A DNA stretch of 62,272 nt, filler included, from Nitrospinota bacterium (GTDB lineage Bacteria; JAUXIQ01): assembly GCA_030620925.1 (NCBI GenBank). It is 8 parts of 8 records of this genome, joined end to end, with 100 filler letters (N's around TTAATTAATTAA, not from the genome) between each part and the next. Parts side by side here need not be neighbours in the genome. Positions count along the whole stretch, not along the records: positions 8,317 to 20,712 come from JAUXIQ010000021.1; positions 20,813 to 33,227 come from JAUXIQ010000020.1; 6 more parts are not named here. The stretch is one strand, 5' to 3'. The notes beneath the pieces were generated by a model, which was not told where the DNA came from, did not search any database, and saw nothing but the letters and a program-made list of their open reading frames with translations. The translations under genes were made by a program, and so were the position numbers. Shown here in pieces: positions 20,403 to 29,926 of the stretch (position 1 is its first letter; each line of letters opens with the position of its first letter).

Positions 20403-20422
20403 CATTGTAGAAGGGGGGAATC

Positions 20423-20712
20423 ATGTCTGTTGAACTGGAAGGCCAGGAGTTCGGACTTATAATCAAGAATCTCAACAGCACACTGGAGCGGCTGGCAAAA
20501 AGGGATGTGGCCCAGAGCGACATCTTTTTCTGGGAAGCCATGCGCAACTATTATGTGAGGGCCCATGAAGCCAACGAGAAGGGGGAGCCCATCGCTTTGA
20601 CCGGGATGTTCATTCCGGTGGAGCTCCTGGTGGCCATGGATATCCCCCACGTGTGCGCCGAGAACAACGCCATGTTCACCTCTCAGATGGAGATCGACAA
20701 AGTCCCCGATCT
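20423..20712 (+). CDS. Second 2-hydroxyacyl-CoA dehydratase family subunit (BcrB/HgdA-type), truncated
   Basis: AHEANEKGEPIA...IPVELLVAMDI...AEN; cut by the spacer. Confidence 0.7.
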
Positions 20713-20812
20713 NNNNNNNNNNNNNNNNNNNNNNNNNNNNNNNNNNNNNNNNNNNNTTAATTAATTAANNNNNNNNNNNNNNNNNNNNNNNNNNNNNNNN
20801 NNNNNNNNNNNN
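20713..20812. other. Artificial contig-joining spacer
   Basis: N44-TTAATTAATTAA-N44. Confidence 0.98.
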
Positions 20813-21524
20813 CCTGCCCCCCTTCTGGATGGAGAAAGGTAATCTGACTTATTTCCTGGGGACAGACCATCAGGGGCGGGATATTTTGAGCCGGCTCATA
20901 TTCGGGGCCAGGATTTCGGTAATCGTGGCCTTTACCCCCGCCTTCGTGGCCGGGGCCATCGGCACGGGGGTAGGGATACTGACCGGCTACCTGGGGGGCT
21001 GGGTGGACCAGATAATCATGCGCATCGTGGACGCCTGGATAGCCATCCCCGCCCTGGTATTAGCCATTTTCCTGGCCGTCCTCCTGGGGCCCAGTGAGAC
21101 CAACCTCATCATCATTCTGGCCGCCGTGTTCTGGACCAGGTACGCCCGCGTCATCCGGGGGGAGGTGCTGAGCCTCAAAGAGCGTGAGTTCGTCCGCCTG
21201 GCCGTTGTGGCCGGTTGCAGCAAAAGAAGAATAATGATCAAGCATATTTTGCCCAACGTGTTGAATACCGCCATGGTCATGGCCACCCTCATGTTAGGGG
21301 TGGTGATAATAGCCGAAGCGTCGCTCAGCTTTCTGGGCGTGGGCGTGCCGCCGCCCAAGCCGGCCTGGGGGCTTATGCTCGCATACGGCAAGGATGGGCT
21401 CATGGCCGGTTACTGGTGGATGACGGTGTTCCCCGGCCTGGCCATCATGAGCGTGGTGCTGGCCGCCAACCTGCTGGGAGACTGGCTGCGCGTGCGGCTT
21501 GATCCCCAGTTGAGGCAACTATGA
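20813..21524 (+). CDS. Peptide/nickel ABC transporter permease (DppC/OppC-like), 5' truncated
   Basis: LGTDHQGRDILSRLIFGARIS, EAA-like loop, EASLSFLGVG. Confidence 0.92.
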
Positions 21525-22513
21525 TGGAAGGACGGACAACTAATAGTACGATGCTCAAGATAGAGAACCTGAAGACCCACTTTTTCACCCAGAAAGGCAG
21601 GCGGGTGGTGAAAGCGGTCGACGGGATCGATTTTTCACTTGCCGAAGGCGAGATTCTGGGGCTGGTGGGGGAATCGGGGTGCGGGAAGACGGTCACCTCC
21701 CTTTCCATACTGAGGCTTCTGCCCGCCGCGGCCCGGATCGTCAGCGGTCGCATCATCCTGGGCGGGGAGAACCTGCTGGAGAAAAGCGAAAAGGAGATGC
21801 GCAAGGTCAGGGGGAAGAAGGTCTCTATGATACTTCAGGACCCCATGGTCTCCCTCAACCCGCTGTTCACCATCGGCGATCAGATCGCCGAGCCGCTCAA
21901 GCTGCACAAGAAACTGGCCGGCACTGAGCTGATGGACAGGGTGCGGTCGCTCCTAAGTGCGGTGAATATACCCTCTGCGGAGATACGACGCAGGGAATAC
22001 CCTCATCAGATGAGCGGAGGCATGAGGCAGCGCATAGTGGGCGCCATAGCGATTTCCTGCGAGCCCAAGCTCATCATCGCCGACGAGGCCACCACCAACC
22101 TGGACCTCACCATCCAGGCCCAGTACCTGAAACTTCTCAAGGAAATACAGGAGAGGAACCGGCTCTCCATGATTTTTATCACCCATAACTTCGGGATAGT
22201 GGCCAGGATGTGCGACCACGTGGCGGTCATGTACGCGGGGAAGATCATGGAGAAGGCCCCGGTGAGAGAGATTTTCAACTCTCCGGCTCACCCTTACACC
22301 GAGGCGCTGCTGGGCTCCGTGCCCGGCGTGGATTATAACGAAGAGAGGCTGATAACCATCGAGGGCCAGCCGCCGGACCTGGCCGACCTGCCGGGAGGAT
22401 GCAGTTTCCACCCCCGCTGCGAGAAAGCCACCGACCGCTGCAGGGTGGAGCTGCCGCCTGAATTCAAACTGGCGGAGAACCATCACTCGCGTTGTTGGCT
22501 CTGTGAGAAATGA
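21521..22513 (+). CDS. Peptide ABC transporter ATP-binding protein (DppD/OppD-like)
   Basis: GESGCGKT, YPHQMSGGMRQR, C-terminal GCSFHPRC Fe-S tail. Confidence 0.93.
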   Translation: MMEGRTTNSTMLKIENLKTHFFTQKGRRVVKAVDGIDFSLAEGEILGLVGESGCGKTVTSLSILRLLPAAARIVSGRIILGGENLLEKSEKEMRKVRGKKVSMILQDPMVSLNPLFTIGDQIAEPLKLHKKLAGTELMDRVRSLLSAVNIPSAEIRRREYPHQMSGGMRQRIVGAIAISCEPKLIIADEATTNLDLTIQAQYLKLLKEIQERNRLSMIFITHNFGIVARMCDHVAVMYAGKIMEKAPVREIFNSPAHPYTEALLGSVPGVDYNEERLITIEGQPPDLADLPGGCSFHPRCEKATDRCRVELPPEFKLAENHHSRCWLCEK

Positions 22514-22516
22514 GAT

Positions 22517-23494
22517 ATGGTAACCACCAACGAGCATCTCTTAGAGGTGCGTGATCTGGTAAAGTATTTCCCCGTCAGCAAGGGCCTCGTTCTGCAAAAA
22601 GTGACGGGATGGATAAAGGCCGTTGACGGAGTGAACTTCTCCATTCCTAAAGGCGAGACGCTGGGGCTGGTGGGGGAGTCGGGGTGCGGCAAGACAACCA
22701 CATCCAGGCTGATACTCCTCCTTGAAAAGGCCACTTCGGGCAGCATCCTGTTCCAGGGTAAAGAGGTACAAACCCTGCGCGGGGAGGGTTTGCAGGAGTA
22801 CAGGCGGTCGGTGCAGGTGGTTTTTCAGGACCCCTACAGCTCCCTGAACCCCCGGATGCGGGTGGGGGATATTATCTCCGAGCCCCTGGTGGTCAACGAA
22901 CGGTTGCCCAAGTCCGCGGTCAGGGAAAGGGTGGCCGAGCTGCTGGAGATGGTGGGCCTCCGCGCAGACAACGCCTCCCTCTTCCCGCACGAGTTCAGCG
23001 GAGGCCAGCGGCAGCGATTGGCCATAGCCAGGTCGCTGTCTCTGCACACCGATCTCATCATTCTGGACGAACCGGTCTCCGCCCTGGATGTATCAATCAG
23101 GGCGCAGATAATGAACCTGCTCATGGACCTCCAGACTCAACTGGGTCTGAGTTATCTGCTCATCGCCCACGACTTGGGGGTGGTCACCTGCATGAGCCAC
23201 GTCATAGCCGTTATGTACCTGGGGAAGATAGTGGAGCTTGCCCCGGCCGAGAAACTGGCTACGGACCCGCACCACCCTTACACTCAGGCCCTCTTTTCAG
23301 CCGCCCTCCCCTCTCACCCCGACGAGTACAGGGAGGAGATCATCCTCACCGGCGAAGTGCCCAGCCCGCTCAACCCCCCTGCCGGATGCCGATTTCATCC
23401 CCGCTGCGAGAAGGTCATCAATCTCTGTTCGGAAAAAGAACCCGTTCTAAAATCCATGGGGGAGAACAGAGAGATAGCCTGCCACCTTTTTTAG
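22517..23494 (+). CDS. Peptide ABC transporter ATP-binding protein (DppF/OppF-like)
   Basis: GESGCGKT, FPHEFSGGQRQR, DEPVSALD, GCRFHPRC. Confidence 0.93.
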   Translation: MVTTNEHLLEVRDLVKYFPVSKGLVLQKVTGWIKAVDGVNFSIPKGETLGLVGESGCGKTTTSRLILLLEKATSGSILFQGKEVQTLRGEGLQEYRRSVQVVFQDPYSSLNPRMRVGDIISEPLVVNERLPKSAVRERVAELLEMVGLRADNASLFPHEFSGGQRQRLAIARSLSLHTDLIILDEPVSALDVSIRAQIMNLLMDLQTQLGLSYLLIAHDLGVVTCMSHVIAVMYLGKIVELAPAEKLATDPHHPYTQALFSAALPSHPDEYREEIILTGEVPSPLNPPAGCRFHPRCEKVINLCSEKEPVLKSMGENREIACHLF

Positions 23495-23540
23495 GTAACG
23501 ACGGAGATCAGTTCGAGAAGTTTATCTTTTCCTGGCGTGT

Positions 23541-24023
23541 TTAGAGCTTGTAGCCTATTGCCCGCAGAAGCTCCTTCCTCTCGGCGACGTCCTTTTCTGT
23601 CTCGATGCCCTTCGATTTGTGGCCGTCTATGACGCCCAGGATACCGCGGCCCTGCTCGGTCTCGGCGATAACCACTTCCACGGGGTTGGCCGTGGCGCAG
23701 AAGATGCGGCACACTTCGGGCACGCTCTTCACCGCGTTCAGTATGTTTACCGGGAAGGCGTCTCGCAGGATGATGATGAAGCTGTGTCCGGCGGAAAGGT
23801 TGATGGCGTTATCCTGGGCCAGCTTCACCAGCTCCTCATCCGTCCCGCTGGATCGCACCAGGCAGGGCCCCGAAGCCTCGCAGAAAGCCATGCCGAACTT
23901 TATCCCGGGGACGGTGCCCACCAGGGCCTCGTGGACGTCCTCAACGGTTTTGATGAAATGGGATTGGCCGAGCACGACGTTCAACTCTTCAGGTTTTTCT
24001 ATGCTTACCGTCTTTAACTCCAT
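23541..24023 (-). CDS. DUF355 adenosine-binding (adenosine-specific kinase family) protein
   Basis: [50 protein letters not shown]. Confidence 0.88.
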   Translation of the reverse strand: MELKTVSIEKPEELNVVLGQSHFIKTVEDVHEALVGTVPGIKFGMAFCEASGPCLVRSSGTDEELVKLAQDNAINLSAGHSFIIILRDAFPVNILNAVKSVPEVCRIFCATANPVEVVIAETEQGRGILGVIDGHKSKGIETEKDVAERKELLRAIGYKL

Positions 24024-24177
24024 GTTTCACCTCCCGTGTAGCCCGCCCATCTCCCGGATCAGGTTCTTGTAAAGCGAGCTAAAACCCCATCATCAATGCT
24101 TTAGTGATCGATTGCCGGCATGAAAAATCGTGTCACATTATACCACCCTTGAGTCTTTTCTCAATGAAACCGAACTG

Positions 24178-24226
24178 TGCGGGAAATTTGAGCAGCCAGA
24201 CACTACTTCTGCCTAATTTTTAAGCA
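24178..24226. promoter_or_regulatory. Tandem NtrC-type enhancer sites
   Basis: TGCGGGAAATTTGAGCA (24178-24194) and TGCCTAATTTTTAAGCA (24210-24226), both TGC-N11-GCA, 32 bp apart. Confidence 0.7.
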
Positions 24227-24324
24227 TGCCTGGTGATTTGTACTCTGCCCCGGTTTGACGCCCCGCCGCTCTAATCCTTTTGCAGTATTGGTTCGAGGTG
24301 ATTTTGTTTTCGAAATTAAACAAA

Positions 24325-24340
24325 TGGCATGTGTTTTGCT
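24325..24340 (+). promoter_or_regulatory. Sigma54 (-24/-12) promoter
   Basis: TGGCAT-GTGTT-TTGCT matches TGGCAC-N5-TTGCW, upstream of porin-glnK-amtB. Confidence 0.85.
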
Positions 24341-24449
24341 TTAAAGTACAGACGATCAACCATGATTACATCGATAAGGCATTACGTTGAGTCAGAGGCT
24401 TTTCAGCCGGGCCTGACAAGGCATGCAACCGAATAGAGGAGATTAAGGT

Positions 24450-25547
24450 ATGAGTAGACTGATGGTGTCAGTTCTGTTGTTGTCGTTGGTTTTCGCGAGT
24501 TTCGGCTATGCGGAAGATAAGGAGGAGGCGGGGTTCAGCCAGCGTCTGAAGATGCTGGAGGAGCAGGTGCAGGATATTAAACACGGGGCTGAAGGAGGCA
24601 CCGGCCTTAGGGTAAGCGGCTTTGTGGATGTCAGTTTCTTTTACGATGACAACGCCGGCTCTTCCAGTTTCAGCCTGGACGAGGTGGAGATCAATATATT
24701 CAAGGAACTGTCGGCGGGTATTTCGGCCAGGACGGACTTGAACTTCAGAAACGTGGATGGCAACCTTAACGCTGACGATATTCTCGAACAGGGATACATA
24801 ACCTTCAGGCTGCCCATCGCCGAGCCCCTCGATTTCACCTTCGGAAAATTCAACGCCCCTATCGGCTTTGAGCTCCTGGACCCTGTGGATATGTTTCAAT
24901 TCTCGCACGCACTGGTCTTTAATCTGGGCATTCCCACCAACGTCACCGGTGTCATGCTGACCTCCAAACCCACCGACGCTGTGGATTTAAACCTTTACCT
25001 GGTCAACGGCTGGGACCAGCTCAGCGACAATAATAGTAACAAGACCGTGGGTGGGCGAGTAGGGTTCACCGTTTCCGAAAAAGTCGGCTTCGGTGTGTCG
25101 TTTATTTACGGCGCCGAGAGAGACAATGAGAACAGTGATAAACGGTTCGTGCTGGATTTGGACGCCACATTTAATCCTTTAGAATCGACGGTGGTCGGTT
25201 TTGAATTCAACTATGGAACCGAGGAGCGTGTTCCCATTAGCCTCCCCCTCCCTGATAAGGATGCCGATTGGTTGGGGTTTTTAATCATGGTGCACCACGA
25301 TTTAACCCCCTCGGCCGGTGTGACCCTGAGATACGATTTCTTTGACGATAAGGACGCCGGGAGGACGGGTACGGTTCAAAAGCTGCAGGCGGTAGCTTTG
25401 GCCCTTACCTTGAGCCTGAGTGATGGGGCAGGGGTCCTGGCAGAGTATCGGCACGATTGGTCAGATGTTGATTCCTTTGTTCTGGCCGACGGCGGTATGG
25501 ACGACAGCAACGATTCTCTGGCCCTCGAATTTACCTACAGTTTCTGA
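24450..25547 (+). CDS. Outer-membrane beta-barrel porin (BBP2/DUF1597-like)
   Basis: Signal peptide, short coiled coil, LEQGYI, GKFNAPIGFE, NGWD, AEYRHDWS, C-terminal Phe (FTYSF). Confidence 0.8.
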   Translation: MSRLMVSVLLLSLVFASFGYAEDKEEAGFSQRLKMLEEQVQDIKHGAEGGTGLRVSGFVDVSFFYDDNAGSSSFSLDEVEINIFKELSAGISARTDLNFRNVDGNLNADDILEQGYITFRLPIAEPLDFTFGKFNAPIGFELLDPVDMFQFSHALVFNLGIPTNVTGVMLTSKPTDAVDLNLYLVNGWDQLSDNNSNKTVGGRVGFTVSEKVGFGVSFIYGAERDNENSDKRFVLDLDATFNPLESTVVGFEFNYGTEERVPISLPLPDKDADWLGFLIMVHHDLTPSAGVTLRYDFFDDKDAGRTGTVQKLQAVALALTLSLSDGAGVLAEYRHDWSDVDSFVLADGGMDDSNDSLALEFTYSF

Positions 25548-25570
25548 TGTTAACGGTGGAGACTTAAGCG

Positions 25571-25909
25571 ATGAAAAAGATCGACTGTGTGATTAAGCCG
25601 TTCAAATTGGAAGATGTAAGAGAAAAATTGTTAAGTCTTGGTGTCTCGGGGATGACGGTTAGCGAGGTTAAAGGCTTCGGGCGGCAGCAGGGCCACAAAG
25701 AGTTGTACCGCGGTGCCGAGTACGAGGTTAATTTCGTGCCCAAGGTGCGCCTGGAGGTTGTGGTCCAGGATGAGATGCTCGACCAAGCCGTGGAAGCCGT
25801 GGTGGAGGCCGCTAAGACAGGTGAGATAGGCGACGGGAAAATTTTTATATTCCGGGTTGAGGAAGTAGTGCGCATTCGCACCGGTGAGCGGGGCCCGGCC
25901 GCCCTTTAA
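25571..25909 (+). CDS. glnK: Nitrogen regulatory protein P-II
   Basis: IKPFKL, GFGRQQGH..YRGAEY, TGEIGDGKIF; linked to amtB. Confidence 0.93.
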   Translation: MKKIDCVIKPFKLEDVREKLLSLGVSGMTVSEVKGFGRQQGHKELYRGAEYEVNFVPKVRLEVVVQDEMLDQAVEAVVEAAKTGEIGDGKIFIFRVEEVVRIRTGERGPAAL

Positions 25910-25967
25910 TCCATCAACCATAGCTAAGGGTTGCAGGATGCCCGTAACGGTTTCTCGGAGATAGGAT

Positions 25968-27320
25968 ATGAGCGATTACAGAAAATTAGCGATAGCCGGT
26001 GTTTCAACCTTAATAATGGTAGTGGGCGTCTTATTACTGCCTTTGCTGGCAGAGGAGGCTCAGCCCACTCTTCAATCGAATGCTGAAGGGATAAAGACGG
26101 TCCAGATCAACGCCAACTATGTATGGATGTTGGTGGCCGCCTTCCTGGTCTTTTTCATGCAGGCGGGTTTCGCCATGGTGGAAGCCGGATTCACCAGAGC
26201 CAAGAACGCCTGTAACATAATAATGAAGAACCTGCTGGATTTCTCCATGGGCTCCATCGGCTACTGGATGTTCGGCTTTGCCATCATGTTCGGGATTAAC
26301 AGGACGGGGTGGTTGGGCACTTCCGGGTTCTTTTTCTCCGATTTCGGTTTGGATAAAGACCCCTGGGTCTTCGGTTTCTGGATGTTCCAGGTAGTTTTTG
26401 CCGCAGTGGCGGCTACTATAGTTTCCGGAGCCATGGCGGAGCGAACCAAGTTCGCCGCCTACCTCGTATATAGTTTCGTGATAACCGGGCTCATCTACCC
26501 CGTCTTCGGAAGCTGGGCCTGGGGCAGCTTGTATAAAGGTTCAGGCTGGTTGGAAAACCTCGGGTTCATAGATTTCGCCGGTTCAACCGTCGTACACAGC
26601 GTCGGCGGCTGGGCAGCGCTTGCAGGGGCCATGGCGCTGGGGCCGAGGATAGGTAAATATTCTAAGGCCGGAAAGCCGTTGCCCATACCGGGCCACAATA
26701 TCCCCCTGGCTGCCCTGGGGGTTTTTATCCTTTGGTTCGGTTGGTATGGGTTCAACCCTGGAAGCACCACCGCCGCTTCTCCGGAGATTGCCTCTATAGC
26801 GGTCAACACTACGCTTGCCGCTTCCGCCGGGGGGATACTGGCTATGGTCACCGCCTGGTTGAAATACCGCAAACCTGATATAGGGATGACCCTCAACGGC
26901 ACCCTGGCGGGCCTGGTGGGTATCACCGCCGGCTGTGCGAACGTAACACCCCGAAGCTCCGTCTTGATAGGGGCCGCAGCGGGGATAATCGTGGTGTTCT
27001 CCGTGCTTTTCTTCGAGAAAAGGAAGATCGACGACCCGGTGGGAGCAATCTCCGTACATGCTATCGCAGGCGCGTGGGGAACCTTTGCCGCCGGGTTATT
27101 AAACGCAGAAGGCACAAGCCTGCACATACTGGGAGTTCAACTGCTGGGAATAGGCGCCGCCTTTGCCTGGGCTTTTCCCACCTCTTATCTTATGTTCAAG
27201 ATAATAGACAAGACAGTGGGTCTTCGGGTATCTGAAGAAGAGGAACTGGAAGGACTCGACTTCGGCGAACACAGGGCCACCGCCTATCCCGATTTCCAAC
27301 AAACAACAATCAAGCTTTAG
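25968..27320 (+). CDS. amtB: Ammonium transporter
   Basis: FFMQAGFAMVEAG, DFAGSTVVH, WFGWYGFNPGS, DDPVGAISVH. Confidence 0.95.
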   Translation: MSDYRKLAIAGVSTLIMVVGVLLLPLLAEEAQPTLQSNAEGIKTVQINANYVWMLVAAFLVFFMQAGFAMVEAGFTRAKNACNIIMKNLLDFSMGSIGYWMFGFAIMFGINRTGWLGTSGFFFSDFGLDKDPWVFGFWMFQVVFAAVAATIVSGAMAERTKFAAYLVYSFVITGLIYPVFGSWAWGSLYKGSGWLENLGFIDFAGSTVVHSVGGWAALAGAMALGPRIGKYSKAGKPLPIPGHNIPLAALGVFILWFGWYGFNPGSTTAASPEIASIAVNTTLAASAGGILAMVTAWLKYRKPDIGMTLNGTLAGLVGITAGCANVTPRSSVLIGAAAGIIVVFSVLFFEKRKIDDPVGAISVHAIAGAWGTFAAGLLNAEGTSLHILGVQLLGIGAAFAWAFPTSYLMFKIIDKTVGLRVSEEEELEGLDFGEHRATAYPDFQQTTIKL

Positions 27321-27521
27321 GATTAAGATATTCCGTAAAATGATTACCTGGAGATAGAAGTAATGTAAGGAAAAAAGAAAGTGCATAGGGTAAAAACCTT
27401 CTGGTTAATAGGTTGAAAAGTTTGCGTGCATCGGATAAGATTATACGCCTCAGTAGCTAGGGGTGATAATAAGGGAAAGATAAACAATCCTTTTTATTCA
27501 ACGCACTACCGGGAGGGAATT

Positions 27522-29309
27522 ATGGCCTATGCTGGAAACATATTGAGGGTAAACCTCTCCACCGGCCAGGCGGCCAGCGAGGAGCTGGACGGAAAGAAAG
27601 CCTACGACTATATCGGGGGCCGGGGCCTGGCGGCCAAGATACTCTACGACGAAATAGACCCCAAAACAGACCCCCTGGGGGCGGACAATAAAATCCTTTT
27701 CGCCACGGGCCCCCTCACAGGCACGCCCGTGCCTGCTGCTTCGCGCTACATGGTGGTGACCAAATCTCCACTGACCGGAGCCATCGCCTGCTCCAACTCG
27801 GGTGGTTTTTTCCCCGCAGAGCTTAAGTACGCCGGTTACGATATCGTGCTTGTAGAGGGGAAGGCCGCGGAACCGGTCTACATATGGATAAAAAACGGTG
27901 AGGTGGAGATCAGGCCCGCAAAGGATATCTGGGGCAAGACGACCCACGAGGCTGAGGATATTATCATCGCCGAGACCGACCCTGACGCCAAAGTCTGTTC
28001 CATCGGCCCCGCGGGGGAGACCATGGTGCGCATCGCCTGTGTGATAAACGACAAACACCGCTCTGCGGGCAGGAGCGGTGTAGGGGCGGTGATGGGTTCC
28101 AAGAACCTCAAGGCCATAGCCGTGCGGGGAACCGTGGGGCTCAAGCCCGCCGATAGTGAGGCGTTCAGGGCGGAATGCCTGAGGCTCGTAAAGCATGCCT
28201 CGAACCATCCCGCCGTCCTGGCCCTGCGCGCCAACGGCACCACCAACGGAGTCAACATCGCCAACAAGTTCGGCGTTTTCCCCACCAGGAACTACAAGAG
28301 CGGCGTCTTCGAAAAGTATCAGGAGATAGGGCCGGAGAAGTTGCACAGGACGGTTTTCGTGAGGGCGCGGGCCTGCGCCGGTTGTCCCGTGGCCTGCAAA
28401 CGGGTAACCAGGCTGGATACTGATAAATACCAGGGTGCGGGCGAAGGCCCCGAATACGAGACCCTCTACTCTTTCGGGGGAATGACCGGCGTGGACGACA
28501 TCTACGCCGTCACCAAGGCGAACTACATTTGCAACGAGCTGGGGATGGACACCATCTCCGCCGGGGCCACAATAGCCTGCGCCATGGAGATGTTCGAAGA
28601 AGGCCACATTTCCGAGGAGCAGGTGGGGCGGAGCCTCAACTTCGGTGACCCGGAGGCCATGGTGGAAATGCTGGAAAAGATGGGGCGGCGCGAGGGCTTC
28701 GGGGACTTAATGGCCGAAGGCTCCTTCCGCATGGCGGAAGAGTTCGGCGTTTCTCATCTATCCATCTCGGTCAAGGGACAGGAGCTTGCGGGCTGGGGCA
28801 CCAGGGGCTTCAAGGGCATGGGCCTCAATTACGCCACGGGGAACCGCGGCGCATGCCACACCAAGGGCAACACCATGGGGATGGAGCTGTTCGGTAAAAT
28901 GGACGCCTTGGCCACAGAGGGCAAGCCCCAGTTGATCGCCGGAGCGCAGGATGCAACGGCCGCTCTGGATTCCACAGGCCTGTGCCTGTTCATAAACGGG
29001 GTTATTAAGCCGAAAGACGTCATCTCCCTGCTGAAGACCGGCACGGGAAACGAATACGACGAAGAATCGTACGCCAGGGCCGGAAGCAGGATATGGAACA
29101 TAGAGCGCATGTTCAACATAGGGGCGGGGTTCACCGCCGATGATGATACCCTTCCCAGGCGCCTGTTGGAGGAGCCCATGCCGGAAGGTCCCGGCCAGGG
29201 CCAGGTGGTGGAGCTGGACGCCATGCTTCCTGAGTACTACCAGCAGAGGGGATGGGACGCTAAAGGAAAGCCGACCAAGGAGAAGCTCAAAGAATTGGGC
29301 ATTAGCTGA
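27522..29309 (+). CDS. Aldehyde ferredoxin oxidoreductase family (tungstopterin) catalytic subunit, copy 1
   Basis: YIGGRG, KSPLTG, AGRSGVGAVMGSKNLKA, CAGCPVAC, GPEYE, GMDTISAG, RGACH. Start ATG 27522. Confidence 0.92.
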   Translation: MAYAGNILRVNLSTGQAASEELDGKKAYDYIGGRGLAAKILYDEIDPKTDPLGADNKILFATGPLTGTPVPAASRYMVVTKSPLTGAIACSNSGGFFPAELKYAGYDIVLVEGKAAEPVYIWIKNGEVEIRPAKDIWGKTTHEAEDIIIAETDPDAKVCSIGPAGETMVRIACVINDKHRSAGRSGVGAVMGSKNLKAIAVRGTVGLKPADSEAFRAECLRLVKHASNHPAVLALRANGTTNGVNIANKFGVFPTRNYKSGVFEKYQEIGPEKLHRTVFVRARACAGCPVACKRVTRLDTDKYQGAGEGPEYETLYSFGGMTGVDDIYAVTKANYICNELGMDTISAGATIACAMEMFEEGHISEEQVGRSLNFGDPEAMVEMLEKMGRREGFGDLMAEGSFRMAEEFGVSHLSISVKGQELAGWGTRGFKGMGLNYATGNRGACHTKGNTMGMELFGKMDALATEGKPQLIAGAQDATAALDSTGLCLFINGVIKPKDVISLLKTGTGNEYDEESYARAGSRIWNIERMFNIGAGFTADDDTLPRRLLEEPMPEGPGQGQVVELDAMLPEYYQQRGWDAKGKPTKEKLKELGIS

Positions 29310-29437
29310 TTATGATGCACGATGCGCGAGAGGGGGCTTGGTTCATACCGCCCCTCACGATGTATCTAGCATCCTGCAGGGTGAATAAAACGTAAACTTT
29401 CAGGGACCAAAAACCTTTAAGAGGGAGGCGATTAGAT

Positions 29438-29926
29438 ATGAGCAAGATTCTCTGGATGCATCCTGACAAGTGTACGGGGTGTAAGTTGTGTGAAGTAGCC
29501 TGTTCATTCAAGAAGTATGATGAGATCAATCCCTCCAAATCACGCATCAGCACGGTGATTTACGAGTCGCCCCCCTTCTACGTGGCCATGGCCTGCCCCC
29601 AGTGCGACGACCCCTGGTGCGCGAATGCCTGCCCATCTGCCGCCCTGGAGAAGAACCCCGAGGACGGCATAGTGCGGGTCAATGAAGACCGCTGCGTGGG
29701 CTGCAAGATGTGTGTGCTGGCCTGCCCCTTCGGTGCCATCGAGTATGCCCCCGAGGAGAAGATAGCGGTCAAGTGCGACTACTGCGAAGGCCAGCCCGAG
29801 TGCGTGGAGTTCTGCCCCACCGCCGCCCTGGAGTTCAAGGACGCCGACGAGGGCGGGGCCGGGCAGAAAAAGCGGAGTCTGGCCGATACGTTGAGGAAAG
29901 CTTACATGGAGGGGGGGTCGCTATGA
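29438..29926 (+). CDS. 4x[4Fe-4S] electron-transfer subunit (AorA/DmsB-like)
   Basis: CTGCKLCEVAC, CPQCDDPWCANACP, CVGCKMCVLACP, KCDYC..PECVEFCP. Confidence 0.9.
   Translation: MSKILWMHPDKCTGCKLCEVACSFKKYDEINPSKSRISTVIYESPPFYVAMACPQCDDPWCANACPSAALEKNPEDGIVRVNEDRCVGCKMCVLACPFGAIEYAPEEKIAVKCDYCEGQPECVEFCPTAALEFKDADEGGAGQKKRSLADTLRKAYMEGGSL

Noticed and set aside
22081..22105. DEATTNLD variant of the ABC Walker B/D-loop in the DppD-like ATPase
   Set aside because: Catalytic DE and terminal LD are retained; a minor variant without clear consequence.
27321..27521. Possible Moco/Wco riboswitch upstream of the AOR genes
   Set aside because: AT-rich region without the conserved stems or motifs of that RNA class.
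29710..29922. 71-aa N-terminal extension of the second AOR in the ORF track
   Set aside because: Overlaps the Fe-S subunit gene; the real start is ATG 29923 with an RBS and ATGA coupling, matching the paralog's N-terminus.
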